From contig NC_054742.1 in assembly GCF_018143015.1 (NCBI RefSeq), forward strand, positions 73,513,736 to 73,577,735: DNA of 64,000 nt, read 5' to 3'. This document shows positions 38,190 to 50,084 of the stretch, in pieces; positions within the stretch are counted from its first letter, which is position 1, and each line of letters starts with the position of its first letter. Below the pieces are notes generated by a model, which saw only the letters and a list, made by a program, of their open reading frames with translations, ran no database searches and was not told where the DNA came from. This DNA is from Lytechinus variegatus (taxonomy: Eukaryota). The position numbers and the translations under genes were made by a program.

Positions 38190-38285
38190 ACGCGTTTCGG
38201 CATGAGCGGGACTCGAACCCCTCACGATGAGATCTACGATCTTATCCGAAACATGCGCTCTAACCGACTGAGCTACGCTGCCTCT
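38190..38285 (-). tRNA. tRNA-like element in a TEP1 intron. Atypical middle region, so a probable tRNA pseudogene or tRNA-derived SINE head.
   Basis: The minus strand reads GGCAGCGTAGCTCAGTCGGTTAGAGCG ... GGGGTTCGAGTCCCGCTCATGCC. This carries a canonical D-arm (TAGCTCAGTCGGTTAGAGC) and T-arm (GGTTCGAGTCC). No clean anticodon stem-loop can be drawn, and a GATCGTAGATC hairpin is inserted in the middle. Confidence 0.35.
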
Positions 38286-38383
38286 ACTCTACGATGTCAC
38301 TACTGTCCTACAAGCACTCTCCGTCCATTGAAAATCTGTAGAAGATCATTGAACAGATCATGTGATGCGATTTGTTTTGCCAG

Positions 38384-38536
38384 GTGTTGGAGGTCGGTAT
38401 CCTGTTGGGTCTGATGTGCAAGTATTCCTGTGAGCACTGCGACATGCGCATCTTCGCCAGCAGCGCCCATTCCGCCGTAGAGCTGGAATCTGGCACCATC
38501 CTGGATAACATGACCAGCGTCTTGAGCCAAGCCCGG
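38384..38536 (+). CDS. TEP1: TEP1 exon: VLEVGILLGLMCKYSCEHCDMRIFASSAHSAVELESGTILDNMTSVLSQAR
   Basis: Acceptor tttgccag, donor gtaagt. Phase-consistent with both flanking exons. Corresponds to the human ALLLIGMMITRAEQVDVV region (vWA-like). Confidence 0.7.
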
Positions 38537-40019
38537 GTAAGTCACCACAGGGTGTAAATATTGAATGGTACAGCCTATTTCCCACTGTCACAATTGATAC
38601 CGTGGTCTAAATTGTGGAGTAATCATAATGGCCGGATCTTATCAGATCCTGAGGTCAGTCGTGATTTGATTATGAACAATTTTTAGACCTCTAAAAAAAT
38701 ATTTGCAATCAGCTATGAAAGGCCAATCATAATGAATGGCAGGACACTGGGAAAGAGGTGCCTTGAGATCCAAACAACAGCAACAATAAGAATAGGTGTG
38801 TATGAAAAAGGAAAGCCCAACTTTCATAAGTTTTATGAGAAAAGATTATTAAATTCAGTGACACTGAAGTTATTTTGAATAGATTGGTAATATATTAACA
38901 TTGGTACCAAGCATCTTGGTTTGAGGAAATTAGTCCAAAACACTGCAAATTAAATAAGAAAATTGTGAGTACTTTGTACTTTCCCATCCAGGTTTGGCTG
39001 GATGAGAAAAGGACGGGGGGGGGGCATGATGCCCCCTCGATGCTTCATAAGATTTTTTAGAAAAGACCCCCAAAAAAGCAAAAAGACAGCGTCGCAAAAT
39101 TTTATGACTTTTTTCTTTGAAGTCTTGCGCAACTTTTGAGCCAAAATTTACAACATCAGGTATAGCATCGCGACGTCACGTGACATTTTACAAGACAATG
39201 TCATGGCGAAAATGGCTCATTTTTTATACTTTGTGTACAAAGTCTATGGGAGATGAAATATATAAAAGGGTGATTATTTTTCATTCTAATTGGTCTACTT
39301 TAGTAATTTAGGGTTAAATTTAGTTGTTAAATGGTCTGTAATAATTTCCATTGAAAAAAATGAAAAACATACAGAAATGAAAAAAGAAATTCGAAAAAAA
39401 AAGAAATACATAAGGAAAAATTGGCTTTCACAATTTTTTCTTTGTGGAAACCTTTTAATTAGATTAAAAGATGACATTTGGAAAAAATGATAGAATTTGA
39501 AGTGAAATTTGGTGTTAAATATTGCAAATAATATTTTTCATGAATAAATTTGCATATTTTATTCATAATTAAAAAATCATTTGCAGAATTTTTTTTTATA
39601 CTGGCCTGTAGTTTATGTGGTGAAGATTGTGCATGCCAAATTTTGGCATGATCGAGCAAACATCAGCCGAGATCAAAAGGGGGGGGGGGGGCCAACATGT
39701 TCCCGGCCCCCAGTCCTTAATACACTTAAGGTAAAGCTATGCTATATCTTTGGTCAGATTCCATGAAATTCCAGGAAAATCTATAAATTGCAAATCCAAG
39801 AAATGAGGGAAAGTCATGGAATATCAAAGCATTTTCGGGCATCACATTGCTGCAAAATTCTCACAGGGCACATAAATTCAGCCAAGCCCCTTTAAGCAGT
39901 CAAGATAAGTGTAATATTTCTTTCCATGGACATGAAATGAGAGTAAAAAGAAAATTGAAAATATACAATCATGAGAACCCAATCTCACCATATCATGCAT
40001 ATTTCCCTTCTTTCTGCAG

Positions 40020-40097
40020 ATCATAGCACGCCAAGAAGTACATGGGCAAGGACTAGATCCCACCATTCTGGGGGAAATTCTGAGAGATAGGGTCGAG
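40020..40097 (+). CDS. TEP1: TEP1 exon: IIARQEVHGQGLDPTILGEILRDRVE
   Basis: Acceptor tttctgcag, donor gtgagt. Phase 0 on both sides. Weak similarity to human ..LAGQRVPVDRV. Confidence 0.6.
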
Positions 40098-40920
40098 GTG
40101 AGTCATTTGGACAAGCTGATAAATTAATTTGATGGAAAATAATATTTGGTTCTTTTATTTCACACAAATATTACAGGGAAGTTTTTCTCTTTGCGCCCAA
40201 AGCTTAAGTCTGGTCTTTGTTGGCCCTCAAATTATGATGCCACAAGCCTATGTTTATAGTTCAGTTCTGTTTAGTCCAGTAAGTATGCTCTGGTGTGAGC
40301 TGAGCACGTAGTGGAGTAAAAATGATTGAAAATGAGTGTTGGATGTACAAAAATTTGATTATTTTATGGAATTACTGCCTTTTAAATAGGTTTCCATTTT
40401 CTTCTTCCTTTCTTGTGCCATGAGCATCTTTTTATGATGGATACTGGTGCATTACAAATGTTCATATTATTTTTATTATTATTATAACAAGACAATGGCA
40501 AAACAAAGATGATGTGATTTTATATTTCGATCTCACATAGATAAATACTTTAAAATGGTTAAGGATAAAATTGATTATAACAATCTTGCTTGCGGAGTTG
40601 TACATGTACAATTTATAGCACGTCTTGATGTTACCGTCAGTCCCAGCACAAGTTTTGCTTCAAGTCTAGTTTTGTGTTCAATGTAAAAGCCTATCCTATC
40701 TGTTTGTGGGACATACTTATGATAATGCTTTACATGAAGTATCTTGTGATCAAAATTCATTTGTTTAAGTATGTATGAACTATTTTATTGTGATGTATTA
40801 GTGTACATGTATGTATTGAAATGTGTGCAGTGCATTTTGAAGATTTTACCTGTTCATTGTTTGCGTATTAATTTTTCAATGCTTTATTTTCACACTATTT
40901 CACCCATATTTTCCGTACAG

Positions 40921-41066
40921 CTGGATAACCTTGTTATACTGAGCACCTCCTCTGCGCACGGAGGGAAGGAAACGGAAATGATATCTGAATTCCTGTCCAA
41001 GTATCGGCGTGTCGTCAATGAGAATCTGCTCTACGTCAATGTCGACTTGAGCGGAGGCAGATGCAG
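40921..41066 (+). CDS. TEP1: TEP1 exon: LDNLVILSTSSAHGGKETEMISEFLSKYRRVVNENLLYVNVDLSGGRC
   Basis: Aligns to human ILLGQSMDDGMINVAKQLYWQRVNSKCLFVGILL. Acceptor ccgtacag, donor GCAG|GTCTGT. Confidence 0.7.
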
Positions 41067-41709
41067 GTCTGTTGACACCTCATGTTCCTCTGAAACGCAT
41101 TGGACCGTATTGCTGAAGTCCAGTTTCACTTAAAACATGGTCCAAAATATTGGTTTAACTATGGGTTGCCAGACGTGATGCAACTTTCCAGATGTCCGAT
41201 AATATACTTATCATCACATTTCGTGCTCAATGCATTACAAACCATCTTGAATTGATAAGTACAGTAGTTTTCTTCACCATGCAAATATGGGAAAGATCGG
41301 AGAAGTCCATAAAAAATACTCTTTGAGCTCACCAGCTGAAATTTGTTACGTTGCACTCATGTTTACACTGGGAATTCAGGTTCCTTTTTTTTTGGGGGGG
41401 GGCATTTTGAGGGTAAATTATTCACGAGTCGGATATAATTTTTTATTTGGAATGAGATAACCTTGAAATGCGCACTGAACTATTGAAGTCCACTCCCTAC
41501 TTGCTCTGCTTTAATGGTCTGGATTAAAACTTACATCAAATTGCCTTTGTGTATTCCAGTTATATATATATTGTAGATAGGAATTGCGAATTCAAAAAGT
41601 GATTTGAGTTTAGTATTGTCCAATTCAGCAAGGAGGGGTATCCTATTCATATCTAGTTTGTTCCTCTGTAGGAATGTTTTTAACTATTAAAATTGTTTTT
41701 GTTTACCAG

Positions 41710-41863
41710 TATGACTACATCGGACACTCCTTCCCATCCAAACGATATCTTCATTGCGGGATACAGTGATCAGATCTTGAGGTTCATCGCTGAGAGGGGC
41801 GATACTGGACAGGTCACTCACGTCCAGAACATTGACAAGGCATACAATCTCACTGATTGCAAG
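41710..41863 (+). CDS. TEP1: TEP1 exon: SMTTSDTPSHPNDIFIAGYSDQILRFIAERGDTGQVTHVQNIDKAYNLTDCK
   Basis: Aligns to human DVTLSGCTDAILKFIAEHGASHLLEHVGQMDKIFKIPPPPGK. Acceptor tttaccag, donor gttaga. Confidence 0.85.
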
Positions 41864-42479
41864 GTTAGAGTCTGGTTTATAGTAGAAAATGAAAGAAGGG
41901 ATGGAGGGGGTTGGGGGAACAACTGTGATAGTTGAGATTATTTTGGCAGAAAGGCATAACTCATGTCCAGAACATTGACAAGGCGTACAGTCTCACTGAT
42001 TGCAAAGTAGGAGATGATTTTTGCTAGTTACGATGGAGAGAGTGACTGTAAAAAACGTTTTAACAGTTGCACTTACACAACCAAACACAGAGGAAACATA
42101 TTTCACAGTTCTGTGGTCATAACATTCACACATACATGTATACAGTGGTTCCTTGTCATCTACTCCAGTGACAATTGCTCTGATGAAAAATCTACATGTT
42201 AAGCAAAATTTAAAATCTAACCTCCAAAATTGAGTAAATCATAATCTTTACATTATTCTGACTCAAAAGTTCTATTCCAACCCCAACGCTAACCCTATGC
42301 CCTTTGAGACATTAAGACCGGAGCAGATGTCATGCCACCGTATACAGCACGTAGCCTTAATACCGAAAATTTGGAAAGTTTAATAAAGAACTTGTTGGCA
42401 ATAAAGAAATGCATTGTGAATATCATCATTTCTTTCGCATTGCACATAGCCTTTATGGATAGATCTATGTATGATTCAT

Positions 42480-42660
42480 GCTTCAATCAAGAAATTATGA
42501 TTTAATCTGTTTCTAATTTATTAATTTGTTATTTGTTATAGATAATTGGTGGAAAGAAGGAAACTCTGCACATAGCATTTATGTGTAGATCCATGTATGC
42601 TTCGTGCTTCAATCAAGAAATTATAATTTAATCTGTTTCTAATTTGTTATAGATCATTGG
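42480..42660. repeat. Tandem duplication (2 x about 120 bp) of the acceptor region plus the first 25 nt of the TEP1 exon at 42653
   Basis: The upstream copy reads ..TTTGTTATAGATAATTGGTGGAAAGAAGGAAACTCTG. The real copy reads ..TTTGTTATAGATCATTGGTGGAAAGAAGAAAACTCTGG. Confidence 0.8.
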
Positions 42661-42729
42661 TGGAAAGAAGAAAACTCTGGTTTCTCCAGAGATTCCTTTA
42701 GCTCTACCGGCTTCCCAACAGACCAGAAG
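42653..42729 (+). CDS. TEP1: TEP1 exon: IIGGKKKTLVSPEIPLALPASQQTR
   Basis: Acceptor ttatag, donor AAG|GTAATA. In frame with both neighbours. Compare human TGVQSLRPLEEDTPSPLAPVSQQGWRS. A degenerate copy of its 5' end lies about 120 nt upstream. Confidence 0.65.
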
Positions 42730-44214
42730 GTAATACTTAACCTTTCATTTTTCACACCTCCTGTACTCTATCTTAAGACATTGACACCAAACTCTTCTTT
42801 CGAAACTTTAACCAAACAGTCTGGGCCCCATCTTATAAAGAGTTTTGATTGATCTCACCTATGGAAAGCCATCAGTGTCATATTTCATCTGGGAAATTTG
42901 TTCACTTCCCCTTTGTAAGCAAAGAGGAGCCATAAGTAGACAATAAGGAGACATAACTCATCTTAAGAAAATCAAACACACGCATATAATTGGATGAAAA
43001 TGGAGATGAGTTTTATGGCAAATCCTTTTGCAACAGGCCCCTGTCTTACAAGTAGTTGTGATTGTTCTCAACTATGGAAATCCATCAATGTCATATTTTT
43101 TCATCTAGGTAATCTGCACAGTGTCCTTTTGTAAAGGAAGAGGAGCTCATCGGATTGTCAAGACCGTGATGCACACATGAATATAGATTTTTTTTAGAAT
43201 GTTTTTAACAGACATATATGCATTTTTGATGTTGGGGTTGCTGGCTTTCTGCACTGTTGTGGTTAATTTGATCAAAAGCTGTTATCTGTAAAGGCTACCA
43301 AACACCTTACGACCTGACTGGTCTGCGACTGTGTGAGGGGAGATGAATCACGAGGTAGTCATAAGCCTTGACACCTTGCGATCTGACTGCCCTGTTGTCT
43401 GCGAATCACGCATACCCTATTTGCTTTTTGTCAGAGCAATAGAAAATGATGCGTATGCGCGTTGCGTATAATGTACGCATCGCAACTCTGCTGTCTGATT
43501 GGCTGGATGTTGGACTGAGCTTGCCATCCAGTTGTAATGATTCGACATGTCAAATCTTTACGATTTTTCCTTGCGATTCATCTCTGACTGGTCTGCAACT
43601 CTGAAGCTGACAAGAACTGTGACGTCACATTTCCCTTCACTCAGTCGCAAGCCAGTCATAGACCAGTTGGGTTGTAAGGTGTGCGGTGGCCTTGAGACGG
43701 GGCCCAGGAATACCATATTTACATGGTATATCTGCATACCTCTTTACCTAATTTTAGAAGCTTAGAAGAAACAGTAGGAAAACTTATATGTAATGATAAA
43801 CTTATCTACTAATCATTGAACATTCACCCACATTGTTCTAAACTCAACCCTGGTGAGGTGAATGGGTACCTGGCAGAATTAATTCCTTTGGCTAATACAT
43901 GTGTTTCTTAAAGAGATGTTTTTAACACATATTTGAATCTGTTGAAATCTGTTATTGATCTTATATTACGAGGCACATTGTTCCACAATTTTGGTGCCAT
44001 TTTCCCAAAAGCTCTATCACCAGAAGTCTTGGACTTTACTAGTTTTTCAGAGAGAAGATCCTTTGATTGTGAACGAACATTTTGACTGGGTTGATATTTC
44101 TGAATTAAAATGGTGCTATATAAATGCCTGTGAATTGTTAACATTCCAAAATGCATATGCATTGCCCTTATTTCTGTTTATCATTTTTTTTATCTTTCGT
44201 AAAATCATTTCCAG

Positions 44215-44391
44215 GCACCATACTTTACGTGTCTTCATCTCCTCCACGTTCCGCGACATGCACGGCGAGCGCGACCTCCTGACCCGGTTCGTCTTCCCGG
44301 AATTGCGGGCCAAGGCGCGCACCCGCTTTGTCAACCTGTACGAGGTAGATCTGAGGTGGGGAGTCAGTGAGGAACAGACAAGACACAGCAG
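44215..44391 (+). CDS. TEP1: TEP1 DUF4062 exon: [59 protein letters not shown]
   Basis: Aligns to human [55 protein letters not shown]. Acceptor ttccag, donor gtatca. Confidence 0.95.
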
Positions 44392-44797
44392 GTATCATTA
44401 TCATTTTTTTTTTCAGTCATGATAATAGAAAAGATGTAATCGATTGTATGTGATATCTGTTAGTATAAGTGTGTGGGGGCAGTTGCAAGAAAATATTTGC
44501 GATCAAATTTTAGATGCAATTTCAACTCAATCAAACCAAATTATACTTGTTGATGCGAAAAACTGACTGTCAATCAGTTGGAAATTTGCAATGAAATGCA
44601 TGACTTTCAATTAATTTTGGGACATGAAATTTGACTTGCGATTAATCGCAAGTTTCTTGAAATACCCCATATGGTAGACAATTATAAGGAGATAAATAAA
44701 ATCAATTGTAATTATGGATTGTATCTCTTTGTGTATCTATAATTCAAAGTCGAATTCAATTTAATTTTACATCGTATGTTTGCTCCTATCCTATCAG

Positions 44798-45040
44798 CTC
44801 TGTAGAGATCTGCTTACGGGAAGCCAATCGGTGTGATCTCTTCATCGGCATCCTGGGAGATCGCTATGGTTACGTCCCAAACGACTACCCCGATATGAGC
44901 GACATTGAAGACTTCGACTGGCTGTCGGCTCATCCCAAATCGCGTTCAATCACCGAGTTGGAGATGTATCACAAGGCTCTCAGAAACTGGGGGACAAGCA
45001 ACAATGCTTTCTTCTTCATCAGAAACTCAGAATTCATCAA
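44798..45040 (+). CDS. TEP1: TEP1 DUF4062 exon: SSVEICLREANRCDLFIGILGDRYGYVPNDYPDMSDIEDFDWLSAHPKSRSITELEMYHKALRNWGTSNNAFFFIRNSEFI
   Basis: Aligns to human [73 protein letters not shown]. Acceptor ctatcag, donor AA|GTATGT. Confidence 0.9.
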
Positions 45041-45867
45041 GTATGTTTTTGAAAAGAAGTTATTTATTTCTCATAGAGATAGGATATTTGGTAAAAAGAC
45101 TCCTACAGGAACAACTAGGGATTATTTTTCATCCAATACTCCATCAAGTATGTTTCGACAAGAACCTGTTGATTTTCTCCTAGAATTTGTTTATCTACTA
45201 AGTCTCTTTTATTATCAGGGTGACAATTTGAAAAACACAGGATTTCAGTTCTGAATTTTATTTTTGGAAATCAATTCTTTCATACAATAATTTCTTTTAT
45301 TCCAATATGTGTAGATGAGAAAGATTTTCCTTGCAACAATTGTCTGACCAGTAATATTTTACCTGTAACTTACTTTAAAAGTCTTATCAGCTCTGTAGAG
45401 AGTGAGCAGCGCGATCAAAAAACTTTGCGAAATGGCGTAGTGATGAAATTTGTCGAGGGGGGGTCAAATTTACCCCCCCCCCCAGTTTAATAAGGGTTAA
45501 AGTTAACTTGTATCCAATACAAAAAATGCATGTTAAGTCTGTCACTGGACTTTCTTTGACCTAAGAGTATTTCATTAAAAGTAGAAAGTTTTTTTTTTAA
45601 GTACCAGCAGCTATGACTTTAGTATTGAATTGTATACTGCCCCAGACCTTTCTGCGTAATCTGCAACAGATATTTCTGATTATTTGTAAGATAAATACTT
45701 AACGAGTCCTTAATTAGAAAAATGTGCAATAAAGGGCACCATATCTGATCAAGAGAACATTTTGAATTATCATAAAGAATCTTTCATAAAGAATTGGTCA
45801 GTGAACATTGATATAATGGTCAGGACATTTTTGCAAGATGCAAATTTTGGAATGATAATTCAATGTC

Positions 45868-46085
45868 CAGTGTGTTGGCTCAGTTGGTAGAGTTTCTGTC
45901 TCACAACCAGGAGGTCGGGAGTTCAACCCCCATCCGCGTTAGACCAAAAGATGTTAAAAGATGGGAGTTGTTGCTACCCTGTTTGGCGTTCAACGATTAA
46001 AGGGATAGAGCCTCGTCGATCTGGCGCTGCACAGTGGCTGCTGGGCCCATGATCAATTGGGCAAAGTAAATTTTCAGAGTACTTT
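45868..46085 (+). mobile_element. tRNA-derived SINE of a second family (family B)
   Basis: Head GGCTCAGTTGGTAGAG..GGTCGGGAGTTCAACCCCC, followed by a unique body. It lies in a TEP1 intron. It is not a functional tRNA, because no anticodon arm can be formed. Confidence 0.5.
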
Positions 46086-46241
46086 ATTTCATGTCTATTT
46101 TGAAAAATAAAATATGGATTTCCATTTCATTCATATTACTGAACCCTTACTAATATTTAGACAGGTATTAATATTATCTCACTCAGGTCATTATACTGTT
46201 GCAAGATGTGACATCGATAAGTTGTGATCTTTGATTTTCAG

Positions 46242-46355
46242 GAATGTCCCAAACAAGTTGAGAAGTCAGTTTGTTGATGAGAATACCCAGAGGAAGGAGA
46301 GACTCGCCAGCTTGAAGGATACCATCCGTACCAGTGGCTGTGAGGTCTTTGACGG
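46242..46355 (+). CDS. TEP1: TEP1 exon: KNVPNKLRSQFVDENTQRKERLASLKDTIRTSGCEVFD
   Basis: Aligns to human [38 protein letters not shown]. Acceptor ttttcag, donor gtaaga. Confidence 0.8.
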
Positions 46356-46439
46356 GTAAGAACACTTCTTTAAGCACTTGTAGGAATTGATTTGATGGAC
46401 AGGAGTGTTCCAAACAATTTGAGAAGTCAGTTTGTTTTC

Positions 46440-47071
46440 TGTTAATGTATTCATGGTTTCTTTCTCTTTTCTGTACTGTAACACTTGCCATAATGGTTTG
46501 TATCTCTCTAATTTTAGTCTTGTTATCGATACTATAATGGTGTTTATTTTTTAACTCTTTTCTGTCCAAATTAACCCATGCCATAAAGGTTTTGATATCT
46601 TACTATTTTCTTTCCATTTACCCTTGCTATAATTTTGTTATTTGTCACCATTTTCTGTCCACTGACCCTTGCCATAATAGTTTTGATTTCTTTTCTGTCC
46701 ACTTACCCTTACTATAATGGTTTTGATTACTTCTATTTTCTCTCCAGTTACCTATGATAGAAAGTCATCCAGGTTTTAAATCCTGTTTAGTCCCCGACTA
46801 TGGGGGTGGCTGGATTCACTTCACACTCACATAGATCACCTTAACCCCATCCCTCCACTTTACTCTATTCGATGCATCCCCCTCCCTCAACCCAACCCTC
46901 CTACTCTCCTCCACCACTTGCCCCCTCCATGTCTTCTTCACTTGTCCCCTTCCCCTCTGACCTGCCACCTCAAACTCACAAGCATCCTTCATATTGGGAT
47001 TTTTTAAAATAATTTTCTGTCTAGTTGCCTATGCCATAATGATTTATTCTTTCCTTCTATTTTCTGCCCAG
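46440..47071. repeat. Degenerate tandem array (unit about 38-40 bp, TTTTCTGTCCACTTACCCTTGCCATAATGGTTTTGAT) copying the polypyrimidine/acceptor region of the TEP1 exon at 47072
   Basis: At least eight units. The last unit (TTTTCTGCCCAG|TTACCCATGCCATTTTGG) is the real acceptor plus exon start. A C-rich segment interrupts the array at 46800..46990. Confidence 0.75.
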
Positions 47072-47192
47072 TTACCCATGCCATTTTGGTGGGGTAGTAG
47101 GCGGTAAGCCAGTTGTCGTGAACCTGGAGGAGTTTGGCCGCCGTGTCATCAACAATATCTGGAACTACATCAAGCATGCATATCCAGAAGAT
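47072..47192 (+). CDS. TEP1: TEP1 exon: GYPCHFGGVVGGKPVVVNLEEFGRRVINNIWNYIKHAYPED
   Basis: Aligns to human [37 protein letters not shown]. Acceptor ctgcccag, the last unit of a tandem array of acceptor-like copies. Donor gtaagc. Confidence 0.85.
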
Positions 47193-48053
47193 GTAAGCTT
47201 ATTTTTTGCATATTTCTGAGCTTCAATATTTGCATTATATGTAGATATTGCCATATGCATATGCATGAATAATGACTGTAAATTTGGATTCACATTTATA
47301 TGGTCCATTTCAATATCAAAATGCACAATTGATTATTTTTATGCAATGTTAAACATGATCATAGTTTTTGTTTGAATTTAAATGGTGTATGCCTGAATTT
47401 TTTAGCTGAGTAAGATGTAAGCATATTGATATTTGTGACAGTGATGTAGATTGTTACCACAGAGAGATCTTTACCTGAAAGGAGATCAATCCTTGCATTC
47501 ACTGAAAAAGTACTTGGCAAATGAAAAAAAAAGTGAATAACATTCCGAACTTATTAAAATCTGAATTTAGTAAACATGTATTTCAGTTGCTTGATTCTTG
47601 AACTCAGACAAAATTCTAATCGCTGGTAGTTTCGTTCTTATTTTTCCATGTCAATTGTAGTATTGGTTAGACGTTCTTGTTCCAGGGCGTTGGTTTGAAA
47701 GTAGAAACAATTACCATTTCAAGAAATGATAATTTATACAAGTTTAATGTTTTGTGAGAATTGAAGGTTTGCATGGTGGTAAGACCGAATAGAGAGTTTT
47801 GCGGTTACACCATGTAGGTTAGTCCTGAATAGGACTGTTTGTTAATCTTTCTGGTTATAGTTCCGAGAAGAACTGTTTTCTCGACGTTTCGAGCAGATAT
47901 GCTTTTCTCTACGTCAGGAGTCCTGAAAAAACAGTTATTCTCAGAACTATAACCAGAAAGATTAACAAACAGTCCTTTTCAGGACTAACCTACATGGTGT
48001 AACCGCAAAACTCTCTATTAAGTTCCATGTTTTGTTTGTATTTTTTTTTCAAG

Positions 48054-48236
48054 GGTGAGATCCTTGATGAAGTAGTTCATGAGAGAGCACAGCATGACAT
48101 GTTCCTCCAGTCACAGCTAGCAACCTTTACCGGTAGAAAGAACCAGGTCAAGCAGTGTTTGGATATCATCAAGAAACCTGAGACAGGGTTGTTGATGGTC
48201 ACAGGAAAGCAGGGGTGCGGCAAGACGGCTTTACTG
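48054..48236 (+). CDS. TEP1: TEP1 NACHT Walker A exon: GEILDEVVHERAQHDMFLQSQLATFTGRKNQVKQCLDIIKKPETGLLMVTGKQGCGKTALL
   Basis: P-loop GKQGCGKT, compare human GQSGQGKTAFLASLV. Acceptor ttttttttcaag, donor CTG|GTAAGA. Confidence 0.9.
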
Positions 48237-49080
48237 GTAAGATATGATAAAGGAGATAATAATAATAGTGTATAATTGTAGAGCGCACACACCGTCAGTA
48301 GACACTCATGGCGCTAGCCGAGCAACAGCTCTCTTTTACAATGGAAAAATTAGATTTTATAGAAATTTATATAAATACTACACAAGAACCATGACTAAGT
48401 ACATAGATGGGAGGGATGATTGAGAGAGCTAGTGGTCTTACCAGTAGGAAGAACCAGGTCAAGCAGTGTTTGGATATCCTCAAGAAACCTGAGACAGGGA
48501 TGCTATTGGTTAAAGGCAAGCAGGGGTGGGGCAAGACGGCTTTACTGGTAAGATATGATAAGAGAGATGGGAGGGGGAGGAGGGGGGGCAGTGAGATAGC
48601 CAGCGACCTTTACCGTAGGTAGAACCCGTTCAAACAGTGCTTAGATGTCATCAAGAAACCTGAGACAAGGATGCTATTGGTTACAGGCAAGCAAGCAGGG
48701 GTGCAGCAAGACATCCTTACTGGTAAGATATGATAAAAAAAGATTGGAGGGTAAGGGGTAGGGGTTGAGATAGCTAGCGACCTTCACTGGTAAGAAGAAT
48801 CAGTTCAAACAGTATTTGAATGCTGTCAAGAAAGCTGAGTCAGGGATACTGATGGTTACTGGCAAGCAGGAGTGTGGCAAGATGGCTTTACTGGTAAAAT
48901 GTGATAAGAGAGATGGGAGGGATGAAGGAGGGAGGGGGCAGTGAGATAGCTAGCGACACTGATGGTTACAGGCAAGCAGGGGTGCGGCAAGACAGCATTA
49001 GTTGTAAGATATGGTGAAAGGGTCAGAGAGATGCTAGCAAAGCGAAGCTTAGATGTAGGAGGGGGGGGGGGCGTTGATAT
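48237..49080. repeat. Four degenerate tandem copies (unit about 185 bp) of the 3' half of the NACHT Walker A exon plus its donor and the first 60 nt of the intron
   Basis: Copies at about 48395, 48590, 48780 and 48940. Each keeps ..KKPETG.LLV.GKQG.GK.A.L then GTAAGATATGATAA. The third and fourth copies keep readable P-loops (ECGKMAL, GCGKTAL) and GTAAG donors. The second is degenerate (QAGVQQD). Confidence 0.85.
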
Positions 49081-49204
49081 ATCTAGCAACATCCATGCGT
49101 CATTCCTCAGAATCGCTTTGGAAAGATAGCTACATCCAACTCCCTTTGGAAATGATAATAAGTCCCCTCACTCAAATCCCAATGGTGATTATTAACTTGA
49201 TATT

Positions 49205-49482
49205 AATAATAATAATAGTATGTCCATTTATATAGCGCAGTTACTATGTGCATATAATAAACTTTTGATTAATAAATTGATATTTGGTATCATACATGTA
49301 TCATTACCCCGGCTGTAGCTGAGTCGCCATATTAATAGGCGCTAAAGCGTTCAAGTAATAAATCCTACCAGTTACCCATTCACCTCACCTGGGTCAAGTG
49401 CAGCACAATGTGGATAAATTTCTTGCCGAAATTACGCCATAGCTAGGATCCGGGGACTAATTCACTGGGCCACAACGCTCCA
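49205..49482 (-). mobile_element. Family-A SINE copy in inverted orientation, about 600 bp upstream of the 50085 copy
   Basis: The reverse complement shows the head GTGGCCCAGTGAATTAG, body CACATTGTGCTGCACTTGACCCAGGTGAGGTGAATGGGTAA and tail GCGCTATATAAATGGA. Confidence 0.7.
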
Positions 49483-50084
49483 TGAGAATTATGTTGATAT
49501 TATGTTTAATGAATAGTCTTTAAAAATATCAAGCAATATAGGGAGAGAAAAAAAATTTGGTTGACATTATTTTAACCCTTGTGAGTTGGATTAAGGTCAT
49601 GGGGCAGAATGTCTGGGTTTTATGACCTTGCCTAAGAGGTTCATTCACTTGTGTTCCCAAGTCAGGCTTATCTTGGGCCATGAAATTATGAGAAGCCAAA
49701 AATGTCACAATCTTCTTCACGTTATGTGTTTCTGAAGTCCACTTTGCTCTTTCATCATGCTCTAATGGCAAAGAAAACTAATTTAGTTGTTATTCCCAGA
49801 CAGTTGTGAATGAAATGAATGACAGATGAGATGATAAATCTAACCTATACTGTTAGAGATTGGTGTGACAGTTGGTTATCCATTGTTAAACCACATCGAG
49901 AGTTTAAAATTAAATCTCATTTCAAAATACTGGCCCTTTTTATTTTTTAAAAAATTTAAAACCTCAATTTCTTACATTATCTTGTGAGGTGATATTATGT
50001 ATTGTGGAACCAAATATGATACAATATAACAAATGTTACATTTACATAGCGCATTACATTTACATTTTTGTCCAAATAGTATTA

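Noticed and set aside
44895-45254. 119-aa ORF extending a TEP1 exon into the intron (..FIKYVFEKKLFISHRDRIF..)
   Set aside because: It is read-through past the AA|GTATGT donor. The downstream exon at 46242 restores the conserved TEP1 sequence, so the extension is intronic.
45868-45960. Possible tRNA gene (GGCTCAGTTGGTAGAG .. GGTCGGGAGTTCAACCCCC)
   Set aside because: No anticodon arm can be folded, and a non-tRNA body follows. I interpret it as a SINE head.
46183-46584. 133-aa ORF antisense to a TEP1 exon/intron
   Set aside because: No recognisable domain. It overlaps the acceptor-copy tandem array and is probably spurious.
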